Below, one piece after another: positions 18,722-28,137 of a stretch of DNA of 64,000 nucleotides. The position numbers and the translations under genes were made by a program. The notes below the pieces were generated by a model, which saw only the letters and a list, made by a program, of their open reading frames with translations, had not been told where the DNA came from and did no database searches. Location of the stretch: positions 2,912,001-2,976,000 of the forward strand of contig OY769902.1 of assembly GCA_963669175.1 (NCBI GenBank), written 5' to 3'. The first letter of the stretch is position 1; each line of letters begins with the position of its first letter. The stretch comes from a bacterium (GTDB taxonomy: Bacteria > Electryoneota > Electryoneia > Electryoneales > Electryoneaceae).

Positions 18722-19684
18722 TTATGAAAATTGACTGCCAATGTCATTTCTTCTCACTTTTTCGCGAAGATATTTTACTGCTCCATCAAAACTAGGATAA
18801 ATCGTTGAAGCGTTTATTGAATAGTTATCCAAGATATCAAGTAAACTCAATATCTCATTTCCAGGCAATGTTATTTTTACTATTATTGCATGATTCTTAA
18901 TATTATCTATTTCTTCATATCCTTTTCCATTTTCCATTTGATCAATGGCCTCCGGAGCACTTGGACCATAATCAGAAATTATTGTAAATACTGCTTGCTG
19001 GGCTGACAAGTTTCTATTGATGCCTCCTGGTAGTTCAATAATATCTAATAGATTTCCTCTTCTTTCTATGATGTTAATAGCCCAAACTGCGATTTTATTG
19101 CTTGCAATATAGTCTTTGTCGTGATTTAATAAGTTACTAGCAGCAAAATAGGCAGCAATTAGTGGATTTCTTGTCCAATCAAGCAATCTAGTAGGTAAAC
19201 CATGATGCCTTGCTAAACCTAAAGCGTCCATATGCTCTTCAGACAGCCAAGGTCTAAATTGGTAAACCTCATTTGTAGACGGATTTTTATATCTTCTGTT
19301 TAAAAACAAACTTCTAAATGCAAAGCTGTCACCTGGTATTGTTAATCCAGTTATCCTGCCAACAGTTTCAACAAACAACCTAAGTGCATTTCTTTCGGCA
19401 TGTTTTATATTATCCTTTGAATATAGATCACCACCAATTTCTTTATACGAAATACTATGCAGGGATTTCAAAAAAGCATTTGAATCACCTCTGAAAGCCG
19501 TTGGCACCAACCCCAAATCGGTTTTTGGCTGTCCCCTAAAAATCCATCTTTGGGGATAGGGAGTGCTATCCCAATGCGACTGTTCTTGTCTAAGAAGGTC
19601 TACTAATTCCTGTGACGTCTCACAATTAACAGAGTAGACTCTGTTTTCTTCGTTGAATAAAAAAGTCTCGTGATTATCACTCAT
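18722..19684 (-). CDS. FRG domain protein (AT-rich, likely horizontally acquired)
   Basis: WIFRGQ, ARHHGLPTRLLDWT.NPL.A.YFA and NRNLSAQQAVFT motifs. Visibly AT-rich; start overlaps the murA stop. Confidence 0.85.
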   Translation of the reverse strand: MSDNHETFLFNEENRVYSVNCETSQELVDLLRQEQSHWDSTPYPQRWIFRGQPKTDLGLVPTAFRGDSNAFLKSLHSISYKEIGGDLYSKDNIKHAERNALRLFVETVGRITGLTIPGDSFAFRSLFLNRRYKNPSTNEVYQFRPWLSEEHMDALGLARHHGLPTRLLDWTRNPLIAAYFAASNLLNHDKDYIASNKIAVWAINIIERRGNLLDIIELPGGINRNLSAQQAVFTIISDYGPSAPEAIDQMENGKGYEEIDNIKNHAIIVKITLPGNEILSLLDILDNYSINASTIYPSFDGAVKYLREKVRRNDIGSQFS

Positions 19685-20934
19685 TCCTGTTCCCTTTTAA
19701 TCTTTGCACCCAGCGCCAGAAGCTTGGCTTCCAGGTTTTCATAGCCACGATCCAGGTGATAAATACGTCGTATATCGGTGCGTCCCTGTGCGGCCAGAGC
19801 AGCGATTACAAGACAGGCAGAGGCACGCAGGTCTGTGGACATTACTGTCGCGCCTTGAAGCCTGTCCGGCCCACGTACTCGTGCGGTATTGTCTTTCATG
19901 GAAATCCGTCCACCTAGGCGCATCAGTTCTGCAACATGGGTGAAGCGGTCTGGGTAGATAGTGTCGGTGATCAAGGAGACTCCGCTTGCTCCGGTCATCA
20001 GCGCGATCCACTGCGCCTGCATATCTGTAGGAAAGCCGGGATAAACGGCCGTTTCCACATCTACCGAACGAAGTTCGCCGTCACAGGTAACTTGAATGCC
20101 TTCCGTAGTCACAATAAACTTGATTCCCGCTTCAGCCGCCTTGGCCAGCACCATGGTAAGGTGTTCAGGCTCCGCGCCCTTGAGCATGATGTCACCGCCA
20201 GTCAGGCCCGCAGCAACAAGATAGGTGCCCGCCTCGATCCGGTCCGGAATGACACGGCAGTTCACCGGTTCCAGCGAGTCCACGCCCTGAATGGTCAGGG
20301 TTGAACTCTTTTCACCGTCAATCTTCGCGCCCATTTTGTTCAGGACACGGACCAGGTTGGTAATTTCCGGTTCACGCGCCACATTCTCCAGTACCGTTTC
20401 ACCTCTGGCTTTCACTGCCGCCAGAATGATATTCACCGTAGCGCCAACGGAAGGGAAAGGGAGGACATAGTGTGCGCCGTGCATATCTTCAGCGCTTGCT
20501 ATGATATAGCCCGATTCCAGCTCGACCTTTGCCCCGAGCGCTTCCAGTCCTTTCAGGTGAATATCTACCGGACGCGGTCCCCAGGCGCAGCCACCGGGCA
20601 GCGATACTTTCGCTTTGCCCAACCGTCCGAGTAAACCGCCCAACATGTAAAAGGAGGCGCGCATGGTACGGACCAGCTCGTAGGGCGCTTCGGCATTCTC
20701 GATTTTTGTGGCGTCGATATCAACGCTATGATCATGAAATGTGACTTTGACACCGGTATGCTCGATAACCCGTCCCATGGTATGAACATCAACCAGTTGT
20801 GGGATATTCTCGACAGTTGACTTGCCTTCAGCCAGTAATGCCGCGGCCATCAGGGGGAGGGTTGCGTTTTTAGAGCCTGCGATAGCGACGTCGCCCTGGA
20901 GGGGGACTCCACCTTCAATGATCAGCTTATCCAT
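19681..20934 (-). CDS. murA: UDP-N-acetylglucosamine 1-carboxyvinyltransferase
   Basis: GSKNA, MRAS, catalytic LPGGCAWGPRPVD, GFPTDMQAQ, DLRA and HLDRGYE. Confidence 0.97.
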   Translation of the reverse strand: MDKLIIEGGVPLQGDVAIAGSKNATLPLMAAALLAEGKSTVENIPQLVDVHTMGRVIEHTGVKVTFHDHSVDIDATKIENAEAPYELVRTMRASFYMLGGLLGRLGKAKVSLPGGCAWGPRPVDIHLKGLEALGAKVELESGYIIASAEDMHGAHYVLPFPSVGATVNIILAAVKARGETVLENVAREPEITNLVRVLNKMGAKIDGEKSSTLTIQGVDSLEPVNCRVIPDRIEAGTYLVAAGLTGGDIMLKGAEPEHLTMVLAKAAEAGIKFIVTTEGIQVTCDGELRSVDVETAVYPGFPTDMQAQWIALMTGASGVSLITDTIYPDRFTHVAELMRLGGRISMKDNTARVRGPDRLQGATVMSTDLRASACLVIAALAAQGRTDIRRIYHLDRGYENLEAKLLALGAKIKREQE

Positions 20935-21090
20935 AAGGATGTATCCGGTTTCGGTTGTTCGTGACTAACCTGCCCAAGATAAAGCAACTGGCGCAAAAAG
21001 CCAAAGGGATAAGAAGGTGAAATTCAGCGTATCGGTGGTGATACAATATGGCATCAGGATATGATAGTTATGCCCATATCAGATATTCCC

Positions 21091-21335
21091 GTTCTCGATA
21101 TTATCACTTTATAATGGAGATTGCAGGGAAAAGGGGACGGGATCCTTTTCCTCGCGCTTAGGCAGAAGATTTCTGAAGTATTCCTGAAAAAGGAAACTGT
21201 CCCCTTTTCCTTGTAATTCCTGCCTGCTCTTAAGGAAAAAGGGTACAGCCACCTTTCCCGGTCCAATCTCACACCGGGAAGGCTTTGCCCCAGGGAACGG
21301 AAACTGTCCCCTTTTTCCATCTCCTTTATTCCAAC
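21091..21335. repeat. REP-like repeat family B copy 1
   Basis: ATGGAGATTG..GGAAAAGGGGACGGGATCCTTTTCC...AAAAGGAAACTGTCCCCTTTTCC...; recurs at 43013 and 51745. Confidence 0.85.
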
Positions 21336-21355
21336 GGTATCAGCATTCTCGCTGT

Positions 21356-21476
21356 CGTCAGGTCACAACGTGATGCCAGATGACGATAAATCGTACGGAA
21401 TAGCAGGTATGAGCCGGACAAGTGTCTGAAATTACGGAGAAGAACAAGAAATAGGCATCACGTCAAGATCTGACGA
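21356..21476. repeat. Inverted-repeat doublet downstream of recN
   Basis: TCGTCAGGTCACAACGTGATGCC pairs with GGCATCACGTCAAGATCTGACGA about 75 bp later. Confidence 0.6.
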
Positions 21477-21525
21477 AACGTGCTCGTCGAGAATATGCAC
21501 AAATACTTGTGAGCAGCCAATAATC

Positions 21526-23178
21526 TCAATGTTGTTCTGTGATCAGCTCACGTGCGCCAGCGCGTGCGGCGTCTGTCAGTTCCTCGCCACCGACAAGACG
21601 TGCGATTTCATCGACCTGGTCATCGCTTCCCACATCCACCGGACGTGCGAGAACAGTTGTCGAATTGACTGCCTGCTGCTTTTCAATAACAAGATGGTGA
21701 TCGGCGAGGCTGGCGATCTGAGGGAGATGGGTGACCAGCAGAACCTGGCGGTGAGTAGACAGCTCTTTCAGGCGCAATCCAACCTGTCGTGCTGTTCGGC
21801 CGGAAATACCCGTATCAATCTCATCGAAAATTAAGGCCGGTGGTGTTTTTTCTGCGGGACTGAGGCTTTTCAATAATAACATGATGCGTGATAGTTCGCC
21901 TCCGCTGGCGACATCCTGAACTGGTTTTACCGGCTGGCCGGGATTGAAGGAAATATGGAATTCGTACCTGTCCCAACCCGCAGGCCCGACTCGATGCTTC
22001 CCGGTTTTTGGAAAACGGACCAATTCCCCCTCTTCCGGGCATTGCATCAACTTGAACTCCGGTTTGGCAACACCGACAGTTTTCAGGCCTTCACGAATCC
22101 GTGCCGTTATTGAGGTGACAGCTTCTGATCGTTTTTCCGAGATGTGAAGCAACCGTGATTCCCAGTCTGCGATGTGATCGTTGATCTGTTTCTCGATACT
22201 CTTCTTGTCACGTTCCAATTGTTCACTGCCACTTTGCCGTTGCTGGAGGTTTTGCCAGTTTTCCAGCAAGGTTTCCATGCTGCCGCCGTACTTCCGAATC
22301 AGGCGAGACAGATGCCCTCTTCGGTCACGCAGCTCCTCCAGGCGTTCCGGGTCCAGCTCAACATCATTCTGCATGTGGTCCAGGTCACGGCTGGCCTCCT
22401 GCATCGCAGTCAACGCCTGTTCCAGGAGCTCAAGGGGCGGCGAGATGCGGTCATCAATACGAGTGAGTCGTTTCAATTCCTGGGCTACGGAACCGAGCCG
22501 CATGATGATAGTATCGTCGCCCTGATCCAGCCCTTCAACCGCTTGTGCCAGTCCAAGCAGCAACGATTCCGCGCCTTCCAGTCTACGGATCTCCGCATCA
22601 AGAACTGTCGCTTCATTTTCTTCCGGTTGAAACTCTTCGATCTCCTGTAATTGGAATGATGCCAGCTCTTCTGTTTCACGTAAACGCTGAAGCTTTGCTT
22701 CAAGAAAACGTAATTTTTCACGCAACGTCTGCCATCGTTGAAAATCTGTTCCAACCTCTGCCACTTGTACGGTCAGTCCTGCCAGCCTGTCAAGGTGATG
22801 CAGATGTGTGACAGGATCGAGCAGGGTTGCGCCTTCGCGTTGTGCAGTCAGGTCAACACGGATTTCTGCGGAGTCACGAAGTTCAGTTATGGTACAGGGG
22901 GAGCCGTTGATCCAGGCTTTGCTGCGGCCATCCGGCCTGATTTCACGTTTAAGAATGAAAGGTTCTGAATCAGGATTTCGAAATTCAGCTTCAATAATTG
23001 CAGGATTTTGCTCCACCATGTTCGGTTTGGCACGAGCGCCCAAAGCCAGAGAAATCGCCCCCACAAGGATTGATTTTCCCGCCCCGGTCTCACCGGTGAT
23101 GATATTGAGCCCTGTACCGAATGTCAGTTCGATATCCTTGATCAGGGCGAAATCGGTGATGTGCAGGCGCGTCAGCAT
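21526..23178 (-). CDS. recN: DNA repair protein RecN
   Basis: Walker A TGETGAGKS, coiled coil, ASGGELSR signature, IFDEIDTG and VTHLPQIA. Confidence 0.96.
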   Translation of the reverse strand: MLTRLHITDFALIKDIELTFGTGLNIITGETGAGKSILVGAISLALGARAKPNMVEQNPAIIEAEFRNPDSEPFILKREIRPDGRSKAWINGSPCTITELRDSAEIRVDLTAQREGATLLDPVTHLHHLDRLAGLTVQVAEVGTDFQRWQTLREKLRFLEAKLQRLRETEELASFQLQEIEEFQPEENEATVLDAEIRRLEGAESLLLGLAQAVEGLDQGDDTIIMRLGSVAQELKRLTRIDDRISPPLELLEQALTAMQEASRDLDHMQNDVELDPERLEELRDRRGHLSRLIRKYGGSMETLLENWQNLQQRQSGSEQLERDKKSIEKQINDHIADWESRLLHISEKRSEAVTSITARIREGLKTVGVAKPEFKLMQCPEEGELVRFPKTGKHRVGPAGWDRYEFHISFNPGQPVKPVQDVASGGELSRIMLLLKSLSPAEKTPPALIFDEIDTGISGRTARQVGLRLKELSTHRQVLLVTHLPQIASLADHHLVIEKQQAVNSTTVLARPVDVGSDDQVDEIARLVGGEELTDAARAGARELITEQH

Positions 23179-23311
23179 TTTTATCCCATTCCGTTTCGAA
23201 ACACGAGGGAATATACAATTTTTATTGAAAGCTTCCCAAGGTGTACCGGTCCAAAGAAAAACACCCCTGCACCGGGAGGCGCAAGGGTGTGGATGAAACG
23301 AAAAGTTTAGC

Positions 23312-23911
23312 TTATCCGCTGTATTCCTGGTAATCCGCGATCATGGCTTCCATCTGCTTATGAGCAGCTTGCAAGTCATTGGAATAGATACGAATGTCAT
23401 GATACAGACCATAGCTGTCCTTTACATGGTCTTTCAGAGTCGCTTCACGACGGAAGCCCAGCCGCTTGGCCATACGAATAGCGCCATGCTGCCCTGTTTG
23501 CAAATATATATACAGTTTTTCAATACCTACCGAATCCGCATATGGAATAGACTCTTCCATCAGGTGAGTCGCGATGCCGAGATTGCGATAGTCCGGATGG
23601 GTTACTGTTCTGAATTCAGCCGTATGATGCAACCATTTTGCTCGATTTCGAACCAGGATCATCGAAGAAATGATCTTGTCCTCATGCCAACCGGCAAGAC
23701 GATAAACAAATTCGTCGCTGATCTGACGTTTGATCCTCTGTTCATAAAAAGGATCGGAAAAGTCATCCTGCAACAGCATGCGATCGCTCTTGGGAAGTAC
23801 TTCATGAAGCTCTTTCAGTGCAGGGATATCCTGGGCACGCAAGGGTTTCACGGTGATTTCACAATCGTGACGGCACATGATTTTCTTTGGGAAACGACGC
23901 TTCGTAACCAT
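23312..23911 (-). CDS. GNAT-family N-acetyltransferase
   Basis: HPDYRNLGIAT motif A and LGFRREATLKDHV. Putative promoter TTGACA-18-TACCAT (23940-23969); terminator ~23257-23290. Confidence 0.8.
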   Translation of the reverse strand: MVTKRRFPKKIMCRHDCEITVKPLRAQDIPALKELHEVLPKSDRMLLQDDFSDPFYEQRIKRQISDEFVYRLAGWHEDKIISSMILVRNRAKWLHHTAEFRTVTHPDYRNLGIATHLMEESIPYADSVGIEKLYIYLQTGQHGAIRMAKRLGFRREATLKDHVKDSYGLYHDIRIYSNDLQAAHKQMEAMIADYQEYSG

Positions 23912-24397
23912 CTATCCTCCCGTGGTTAGTATCCAAATAATGGTACGACTTAACCATTGGACCTGTCAAGCAAAGAACACGAGGAATCAGGTTGGGGGTG
24001 AGCCGCAAACCAGTATTGGAAGTCAATTCAAACGAGTTGCTCGTGGCTTGTTACCTGATAACCGGTCAAGTGTGAGTGTTTCAGTATGGAACACACCGGG
24101 AGACAGAATGAGTAAAAATTCACATTTGTTTCAATATTGAACAGTATTGCATATCAGAAATGTGAGCTCTGTTCCAGAATTGTTAAGAATAAGGATTCAG
24201 TATTAGTATACTGTGAGGGGTAAGATTTTATATTTTTAATAATCATTAGGTTATGTGAAGGAGTGTCTCTCGGAGGGCATTTTCGGAATGTGATTTGCAA
24301 AATTATGGCATAGAAGCAGCGAACTGGATCAAAGTGATACAGTAAGCGTAAAAACAGACATTGAATTCTATCCATAAACAACCTGAGGGGGTCCAAG

Positions 24398-24742
24398 ATG
24401 AGCAAGAGCATTGATCTGAACAAGGTACAGATGCCGAACCTTTCGGACATCGAAGATGATCTGAAGCGTTGGGAAGACCAGATTGCCAACTGGGCGAAGC
24501 GTATTCCCTGGTCACAACCGACACAGCGCAAAGATGCAATGATCACGGCCAAATTCCTGCGCAAACTGGTGGCGGAAGCCTGGATTCATACACTGGCGGC
24601 TAAGACACGTGGTTCCGATCCCATGGATCATTCAGCCTTTCGTGCACGTCGCATTCATCGTCAACTGAACCAGTACGGTCCGGTTCTGGCCGAACGGATG
24701 GAAGCACGTCTGCCGCAGTCCGTACCGAGCATCGCAGCGTAA
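24398..24742 (+). CDS. Hypothetical protein (114 aa)
   Basis: RBS GAGGGG, host-like codon use, followed by terminator CGCCCCG-AATTC-CGGGGCG-TTTTT (24769-24792). Confidence 0.65.
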   Translation: MSKSIDLNKVQMPNLSDIEDDLKRWEDQIANWAKRIPWSQPTQRKDAMITAKFLRKLVAEAWIHTLAAKTRGSDPMDHSAFRARRIHRQLNQYGPVLAERMEARLPQSVPSIAA

Positions 24743-24835
24743 GTTCTCGCTGACATCGAAGTTTTCCACGCCCCGAATTCCGGGGCGTTTTTACTTGGGG
24801 CAGTGGGCTTTGTACAGTCCTGAACAGCGATGATT

Positions 24836-25870
24836 TCAATCCGACCCAAACCGTGACTGGAGCACCAGAATTTCCAGCCGGTCGAACTGGTCACGCATCT
24901 CGGCGCTGGAGCGAAGTTCAGTCCTGAATGCACGTCGCAAGTGGGCAATGGCGCTGCCCGTACTGTTCAAGCGATCGCCCAGGCCGGCGATACCGGATTC
25001 ATCCAGGGCATAACGTGAGGCCAGTTCCACGAGGAATTTCCGTCCCGGATGACGACTGCGAGCTTTGGTCAGGGAGATTTGTGTCGTATCAAAGAAGTTG
25101 GCGACCTGTTTCAGAATAAGACCGAAGCGTTCATCGCCGGATAAATCCGTGGTTAGTTTCGACAGTTCAGCTTCCTGAGGGCGTAGTTTTACGGCACGGC
25201 GTCCCTTTACGATACTCATGTAATGGGTAACAAAATCGGCGCTGCCGAACAGGGCCATGCCATGTACGTGGTCCAGTACGTCACCGTTCCGTTTCTTCAT
25301 ACCTTCGATAATGTAATCTGCGAACAGGTTGACCGGGTCTTTGTCCGGTAGCGTGAATCGTTGTAACACCGTTTCCCGATCAAACCCGGGCGGCGGGGCA
25401 ATGGAACCGATGAAGATGGGGTAGGAGGTCCAACGGTTGGTGGAGATTTCGCCCCATTTCCGCCCTTCGCTCTGGTTGCTCCAGTGATGACCGATGATTG
25501 GCGCCAGGTGAACACGCTGCAGGATGGGGAAGAAAGGCGCGCCCTCTTCGATCAGGATTTCGCGATGACGGTCATGGATCAACGGACGCGCACGTTCGGA
25601 ACGTGCCCGCAACCGGTTGAAAAAACCGGCCAAGGTCCGGTGTACAAAGCCGGATAATGGATCAGGCCCGCCACGAACAAACAGCAGCGCGGACGTCTGC
25701 ATCAGGGCAAACGCGTAAATCCGTACGTCAGCGGAAAAAGCCGATTCACCAAGCGACAGGAGAAACAGGGCGCGTTCCTCTTCATTTGCGAAAAGGACTT
25801 CACCCGCTTTTGCCTGTACCTGGATCAGGTAGGTCCCACCGGGGACATGAATGCGAACTGGTCTTGCCAT
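24836..25870 (-). CDS. Catalytically inactivated RAYT/Y1 (IS200-like HUH) transposase homolog with DnaA-C-like C-terminal helical domain
   Basis: MARPVRI..PG.TY, LF..EEER..FL, YAFALM, HLAP, RWTSY and LFGSADFV scaffold matches RAYTs, but the HUH His pair and catalytic Tyr are absent. Confidence 0.7.
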   Translation of the reverse strand: MARPVRIHVPGGTYLIQVQAKAGEVLFANEEERALFLLSLGESAFSADVRIYAFALMQTSALLFVRGGPDPLSGFVHRTLAGFFNRLRARSERARPLIHDRHREILIEEGAPFFPILQRVHLAPIIGHHWSNQSEGRKWGEISTNRWTSYPIFIGSIAPPPGFDRETVLQRFTLPDKDPVNLFADYIIEGMKKRNGDVLDHVHGMALFGSADFVTHYMSIVKGRRAVKLRPQEAELSKLTTDLSGDERFGLILKQVANFFDTTQISLTKARSRHPGRKFLVELASRYALDESGIAGLGDRLNSTGSAIAHLRRAFRTELRSSAEMRDQFDRLEILVLQSRFGSD

Positions 25871-25925
25871 GAGACGAAAGGTAGCCGATCAGTTGGTCCT
25901 GAGCAAGCGTGAACAACAGCGTAAA

Positions 25926-27074
25926 TCATTCCTTCCCGGTGATCTCAAACATCTTTTCCAGGGCGATAAGGGAATAATGCTTGACATCGTCATCCACTTC
26001 GATTTTGTGCTGCAGCCTGCCATTCAGCAGGGCTTTTAAACTGTCACGTAACGCTTCCGGTGTAATCCGGAACATGGTAGAACAGAGACAGGCGTACGGA
26101 GCCAGGCTGTATACTTCAACTCCACGTGGTTTGTGATCAATTGCCAGACGTGAAACCAGGTTATGCTCTGTGCCTACCGCCCACTTACTGCCCGGTTCAG
26201 CCTGCTTCAGCATCTTGGTGATGTACCCGGTCGAACCGGCGTAATCGGCTTGCTGCACCACCTCGAACATACATTCCGGGTGTACCAGGATATTGATATC
26301 CGCAAAACGCTTGCGCCAGTAAACAGCATGCTGCGGCTGGAAATGCTGATGCACCGAACACCAGCCGCGCCACAGGATGACCTTCGCATTACGGATCTGC
26401 TCTTCGGTATTGCCGCCCAGGTATTGATCCGGATCCCACAAAATCATGTCGTCAAGGGGAATGCCAAGCTTGTAACTGGTATTGCGACCAAGATGTTGAT
26501 CAGGGAAGAAGAAGATTTTCTCAGTACGTTCCAGCCCCCATTTGACCACCTTGTCGGCGTTGGCGGAGGTGCAAATGGTGCCGCCGTTTTTACCGACATG
26601 GGCCTTAACATCTGCCGTAGAATTGATGTAGGTGATCGGAGTGACTGTTGAAACATCAATCACAGTGGAAAGCTGACGCCAGGCTTCGGTAACCTCCTCG
26701 ACAGGCGCCATATCTGCCATGGTACACCCGGCGCGAAGATCCGGCAACACGACCGGAACATCCCTGGGTGTGAGCATATCGGCTGTCTCTGCCATGAAAT
26801 GAACACCCAGGAAAATCACATTCTTGACCTGTTCCAATGCTGCGGCATGCTGGCTCAAGGCAAGTGAATCTCCAATGACATCAGCGAACTGAATCACCTC
26901 GGCGCGCTGGTAGGCATGCCCCAGGATGATAGTTTCCGGTCCTGCCTGTTTGCGAAGATCAGCTATCTCTTCCAGTAAGGCACGTTCAACCGGGGGATCG
27001 CCCATGTATTTGATTTCATTGATCGGTTGCTCCGGATTCCAGCGTATTTCAAGGCGTTCACTATCTGAAGACAT
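25926..27074 (-). CDS. nadA: Quinolinate synthase
   Basis: ILGHAYQ, GDSL.LS, GVHFMAETA, AGCTMAD, YINS, CTSANA, PDQHLGRN, WRGWCSVH, HPEC and CSTM. Confidence 0.96.
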   Translation of the reverse strand: MSSDSERLEIRWNPEQPINEIKYMGDPPVERALLEEIADLRKQAGPETIILGHAYQRAEVIQFADVIGDSLALSQHAAALEQVKNVIFLGVHFMAETADMLTPRDVPVVLPDLRAGCTMADMAPVEEVTEAWRQLSTVIDVSTVTPITYINSTADVKAHVGKNGGTICTSANADKVVKWGLERTEKIFFFPDQHLGRNTSYKLGIPLDDMILWDPDQYLGGNTEEQIRNAKVILWRGWCSVHQHFQPQHAVYWRKRFADINILVHPECMFEVVQQADYAGSTGYITKMLKQAEPGSKWAVGTEHNLVSRLAIDHKPRGVEVYSLAPYACLCSTMFRITPEALRDSLKALLNGRLQHKIEVDDDVKHYSLIALEKMFEITGKE

Positions 27075-27265
27075 GAGCAGACTCCATGTGAAAAATGGTT
27101 CAACCTGTTGAGTGTAAAAGAGTAAGCTTGAATATAAGGCACTGCGGCGGGGAAGGTAACCACAAGTTCAGGAACGAAGAGCGTGAATTTTGAATTGTAA
27201 ATGACAGGCTCTTCGTGGGAATGAATACCTCGTGCTCGTGACATATTCGGGCTGAAAAAGCGAGC

Positions 27266-27296
27266 AAAAATATACCCCGGCAAAATGCCGGGGTAA
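27266..27296 (-). terminator. Intrinsic terminator of the 72-aa gene
   Basis: TACCCCGGCA-AAA-TGCCGGGGTA hairpin with an adjacent A-run. Confidence 0.7.
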
Positions 27297-27371
27297 GCGA
27301 TCTGAAGTCACTCTTCAAATCACAGGTATACTGGTACCAGGAAAAAAAACCAACACGTATGTGTGTGTCAG

Positions 27372-27590
27372 TTATTCCGTGTCCGTGGCCGCTGCGGCTG
27401 CTAATGCCTGGGCTTCAGGGCTGATGCTTACGCTGTCGGACGGGTTCAGACCCGTACCTGTCGCGCCAGCAGCCATACCGGCGAAAACCTGGGCGCCACC
27501 GCCATGTACTTCACCACGAAGTGCGGCACGGAACATTTCTGCATCGCTCATGCCCTGGGGGGCCGTCGGTGCGCTCATGCCACCTTCCAT
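27372..27590 (-). CDS. Small Ala/Gly-rich hypothetical protein with DxVxISxxA motif
   Basis: RBS AAGGAG, sigma28-like promoter upstream and terminator downstream. Confidence 0.65.
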   Translation of the reverse strand: MEGGMSAPTAPQGMSDAEMFRAALRGEVHGGGAQVFAGMAAGATGTGLNPSDSVSISPEAQALAAAAATDTE

Positions 27591-27641
27591 TTTGCACTCC
27601 TTTCGTTTACTGCACTAAGACAGAAGTCTACTCATTATTTC

Positions 27642-27669
27642 CTATCGGCAGGTTGACGTCTGCTCTTTA
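27642..27669 (-). promoter_or_regulatory. Putative sigma28 (FliA) promoter
   Basis: Minus strand TAAA-N16-GCCGATAG (consensus TAAA-N15-GCCGATAA). Confidence 0.6.
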
Positions 27670-28137
27670 ACAATAACAATTGGAAACAGTGATTTTCTCT
27701 CTAAGTTACTTCCATTGGAGAGGTTACGATTTGGCTCGGAGAGTGTATTTGCTTCGATTACTTCAAATATTCGTAAGACTTTACTCCAGGAATACTTAAA
27801 GGAGGCGGGGTGTTTTGGGCTAAATAATTCTATTTCGGCATTCACTTTATTTTTGCTCTCGGAGTGCTCCTGTTTAGTCGCCTGGCATGCCTCCAGAACA
27901 TGAAATCGAGACTTTCGAGAAATGTGCTCGAACGGTTTTTCGAGTGGCATTACAGCCGTCTGTATTCTATCTTTGCTGGTGTTGTGAAAACCAGTAGGAT
28001 TTGTAAATATTTGTAAAAATGTAAAATAAGCTAAGTTGTTGTACTTCTTATTGATACTGGCAAGCTGTTGCTTTATCAGGAATTCCGGGGAGAATTCTTC
28101 GCTTCACCGTTGACCAACTGCATGTCGAGGGGCATTC

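Noticed and set aside
21054-21320. Short ORFs MEKGDSF... (also 42886-43173, 51648-51866, 32075-32520, 35076-35475)
   Set aside because: Chance frames within non-coding repeat families; starts and stops differ among copies.
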